From: Promethearchaeota archaeon
Lineage (GTDB): Archaea; Asgardarchaeota; Lokiarchaeia; Sigyniarchaeales; SOKP01
Reading direction: 5' to 3'
Assembly: GCA_048940645.1 (NCBI GenBank)
Contig: JBHLOI010000089.1
Coordinates: 1-10,274 of the forward strand
DNA: 10,274 nt
How positions within the stretch are numbered: the stretch's first letter is position 1; every line of letters begins with the position of its first letter. Shown here piece by piece: positions 8,667 to 10,274 of this stretch. Position numbers and translations under genes: made by a program. The notes beneath the pieces are model-generated. The model was not told where the DNA came from, did not search any database, and saw only the letters and a program-made list of their open reading frames with translations.

Positions 8667-9785
8667 ATGGTTGAAGAAGTCTTTCCTAAATCTTTTGAAG
8701 ATTTGATAAAGGATGTCCATGAACAAGGTATTTGTGGAGAGTGTGGAGGTTGTGTTAGCTTTTGTTCGGCTCATGAGATAAAAGCTATTGAAATGTTTGA
8801 ATCAGGTCCTCCAAGATACTATAATAAGGATAATTGTCTAAAATGTGGTATTTGCTATTTAGTTTGTCCGCAGACGCATGTTTTAGATGATCAATTAAAT
8901 AAAAGATATGACTATAAAATATCTATCGGGAATTGGAGAAAAATTTCTTCAAGTAAAGCAACTTCAGAAGAGATTCGGAAAAATGCGACGGATGGAGGAG
9001 CAGTTACGGCAATTTTATTATATTTAATGGAAAAAAATTTAATAAATGGAGCAATTGTCTCAAAAAAGGAAGGTCCATTTAGTAGAATCCCTTTCTTTGC
9101 TACAACAAAAGAAGAATTAATAGAAGCTGCAGGTTCTCACTATGATATCTCTCATGGAGTTACAAGTTTAGAGAAGTATAATTCATTTGTTCCTACCATC
9201 ACTAAATTGAAAGCTGTTGTGAGTTCGGATGCAATGAACATCGCTGTTGTTGGTACGCCATGTCAGATAATGTCAATTAGAAAAATGCAAGAATTAAGCA
9301 TTTTACCAGCTCATATTGTGAAATACACATTAGGTTTATTCTGTAATTTGAATTTCTCTTTTAATGCCGAAGCTCGAAAGAATTTAGAAGATAAATTTGA
9401 TTTTTCATTTGATGATGTAGAGAGATTAAATATTAAAGAAAATTTAATTGTACAGCTTAAAAATAATCAAATGAAATATATTGATTTTAAGGATATTCAC
9501 GAGTTTGCTAGACCAGCATGCTTTGCTTGTCGAGATTTTTCCAATGTTTATGCTGATATCTCGTTTGGAGGGTTGGGTTCTAAAGATGGGTACACAACAG
9601 CAATAATCAGAACTCAAATCGGGGAAGATATCTATAATAAAGCGTTAAAAAAAGGATATTTAGAAGAGCCATTAGAAGTAAATACTTCTGTTAAAAAATC
9701 TGAAATTTTAGCTAAAGTTATAAGCTTTGGTAGAAGAAAATTCGAAAGATATAAAAATTCTTTAAAAGAAAGAAGAAAAGCTTAA
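8667..9785 (+). CDS. Coenzyme F420 hydrogenase/dehydrogenase beta subunit family (FrhB/FpoF-like) with N-terminal 2x[4Fe-4S] ferredoxin domain
   Basis: N-terminal CGECGGCVSFC and CLKCGICYLVCP, followed by FrhB-family motifs DGGAVTAIL, VVGTPCQI, LGLFC, CFACRDF, ADISFGGLG, TAIIRT. Confidence 0.88.
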   Translation: MVEEVFPKSFEDLIKDVHEQGICGECGGCVSFCSAHEIKAIEMFESGPPRYYNKDNCLKCGICYLVCPQTHVLDDQLNKRYDYKISIGNWRKISSSKATSEEIRKNATDGGAVTAILLYLMEKNLINGAIVSKKEGPFSRIPFFATTKEELIEAAGSHYDISHGVTSLEKYNSFVPTITKLKAVVSSDAMNIAVVGTPCQIMSIRKMQELSILPAHIVKYTLGLFCNLNFSFNAEARKNLEDKFDFSFDDVERLNIKENLIVQLKNNQMKYIDFKDIHEFARPACFACRDFSNVYADISFGGLGSKDGYTTAIIRTQIGEDIYNKALKKGYLEEPLEVNTSVKKSEILAKVISFGRRKFERYKNSLKERRKA

Positions 9786-9800
9786 GTAATTAAATATTAA

Positions 9801-9845
9801 AATTTTTTATAATTCTATTCTTATCTATAAATCTCAGTTTTTCTT
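9801..9845 (+). terminator. Possible archaeal-type oligo-T terminator region
   Basis: T6 tract at 9803-9808 and TTTTTCTT at 9838-9845 just after the last stop codon, with no GC hairpin. Weak evidence given the AT-rich background. Confidence 0.3.
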
Positions 9846-10245
9846 ATACGGTAATTTTATAAGTTCATATTTTGAATCTCGATAATTTTTTGATTTCAGG
9901 TTATGGAATCCGATAATTTTTTCGGATGAAATTTTCGGGATCGATCATAATAATAGGAAAAAATAGAAGAAATTGATCACAAAAATATTAATATTAACAT
10001 TAATAAGTAATTATAATTATTTTTTTGTTGGACAATTTTGTAGGTTATTAACTATAGGAAATGATAATAAATTACATGATTTTTATCAAAATTCGATAAT
10101 TTGACTTCGCTTCGTAATTGATTTTCGCGATTTTGATCTTTTTCGATCGCATTATTCAGACAAATTTTTTGAAAACGATAATCTTGGAGTTATAAATTAT
10201 TGTGATCGAAAATTTTTTTGTGTTTTTATTGTCGGAATCGATCAT
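9838..10245. repeat. Array of ~11 degenerate 18-bp quasi-palindromic boxes (ATTWTCG-N4-CGATAAT) with 31-32 bp period
   Basis: Right half-sites start at 9849, 9880, 9911, 9942; 10030, 10062, 10094; 10144, 10176, 10207, 10239. Boxes 9931-9948 and 10228-10245 are 16/18 identical. Confidence 0.75.
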
Positions 10246-10249
10246 TGCA

Positions 10250-10257
10250 TTTAAATA
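10250..10257 (+). promoter_or_regulatory. Candidate archaeal TATA box for a gene beyond the window
   Basis: TTTAAATA matches the TTTAWATA consensus and lies 4 nt after the last palindromic box. The downstream gene is not visible. Confidence 0.45.
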
Positions 10258-10274
10258 TTTTAATTTCTTTTAAA

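Noticed and set aside
9963-9980. Fifth box of run 1 (ATAGAAG-aaat-TGATCAC); also CGTAAT at 10113
   Set aside because: Both are in phase (32 and 31 bp) but match the consensus too poorly to count as boxes.
9838-10245. CRISPR array or simple tandem repeat
   Set aside because: The 31-32 bp period is too short for repeat plus spacer, the copies are highly degenerate, and no cas genes are in view. Inter-box sequence is not conserved as a tandem duplication would predict.
9786-10274. Small protein gene, tRNA or mobile-element end in the 3' region
   Set aside because: There is no ORF in the track, no cloverleaf, and no long terminal inverted repeat or transposase remnant visible.

Overview
AT-rich, probably archaeal window. 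The archaeal assignment is inferred from GGTGA-type SD sites, an F420-binding FrhB-family gene and TATA-like boxes. Bases 1-9785 hold eight tightly coupled + strand genes forming an expanded Hdr-Flx type flavin-based electron-bifurcation cluster: 5'-truncated hdrA, mvhD with a C-terminal winged-helix-like extension, a 1004-aa two-module hdrA, flxD(mvhD)-flxC-flxB-flxA, and an FrhB/FpoF-like F420 oxidoreductase subunit. No hdrB/hdrC and no hydrogenase or formate dehydrogenase catalytic subunit is in view. The 3' non-coding ~490 bp is highly structured. It has about 11 degenerate 18-bp quasi-palindromes (ATTWTCG-N4-CGATAAT) at 31-32 bp spacing in runs of 4/3/4, an AT-rich gap, excess CG and GATC, and a TTTAAATA box directly after the last palindrome. 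Conserved SD spacing suggests flxB starts at a non-canonical ATA codon.
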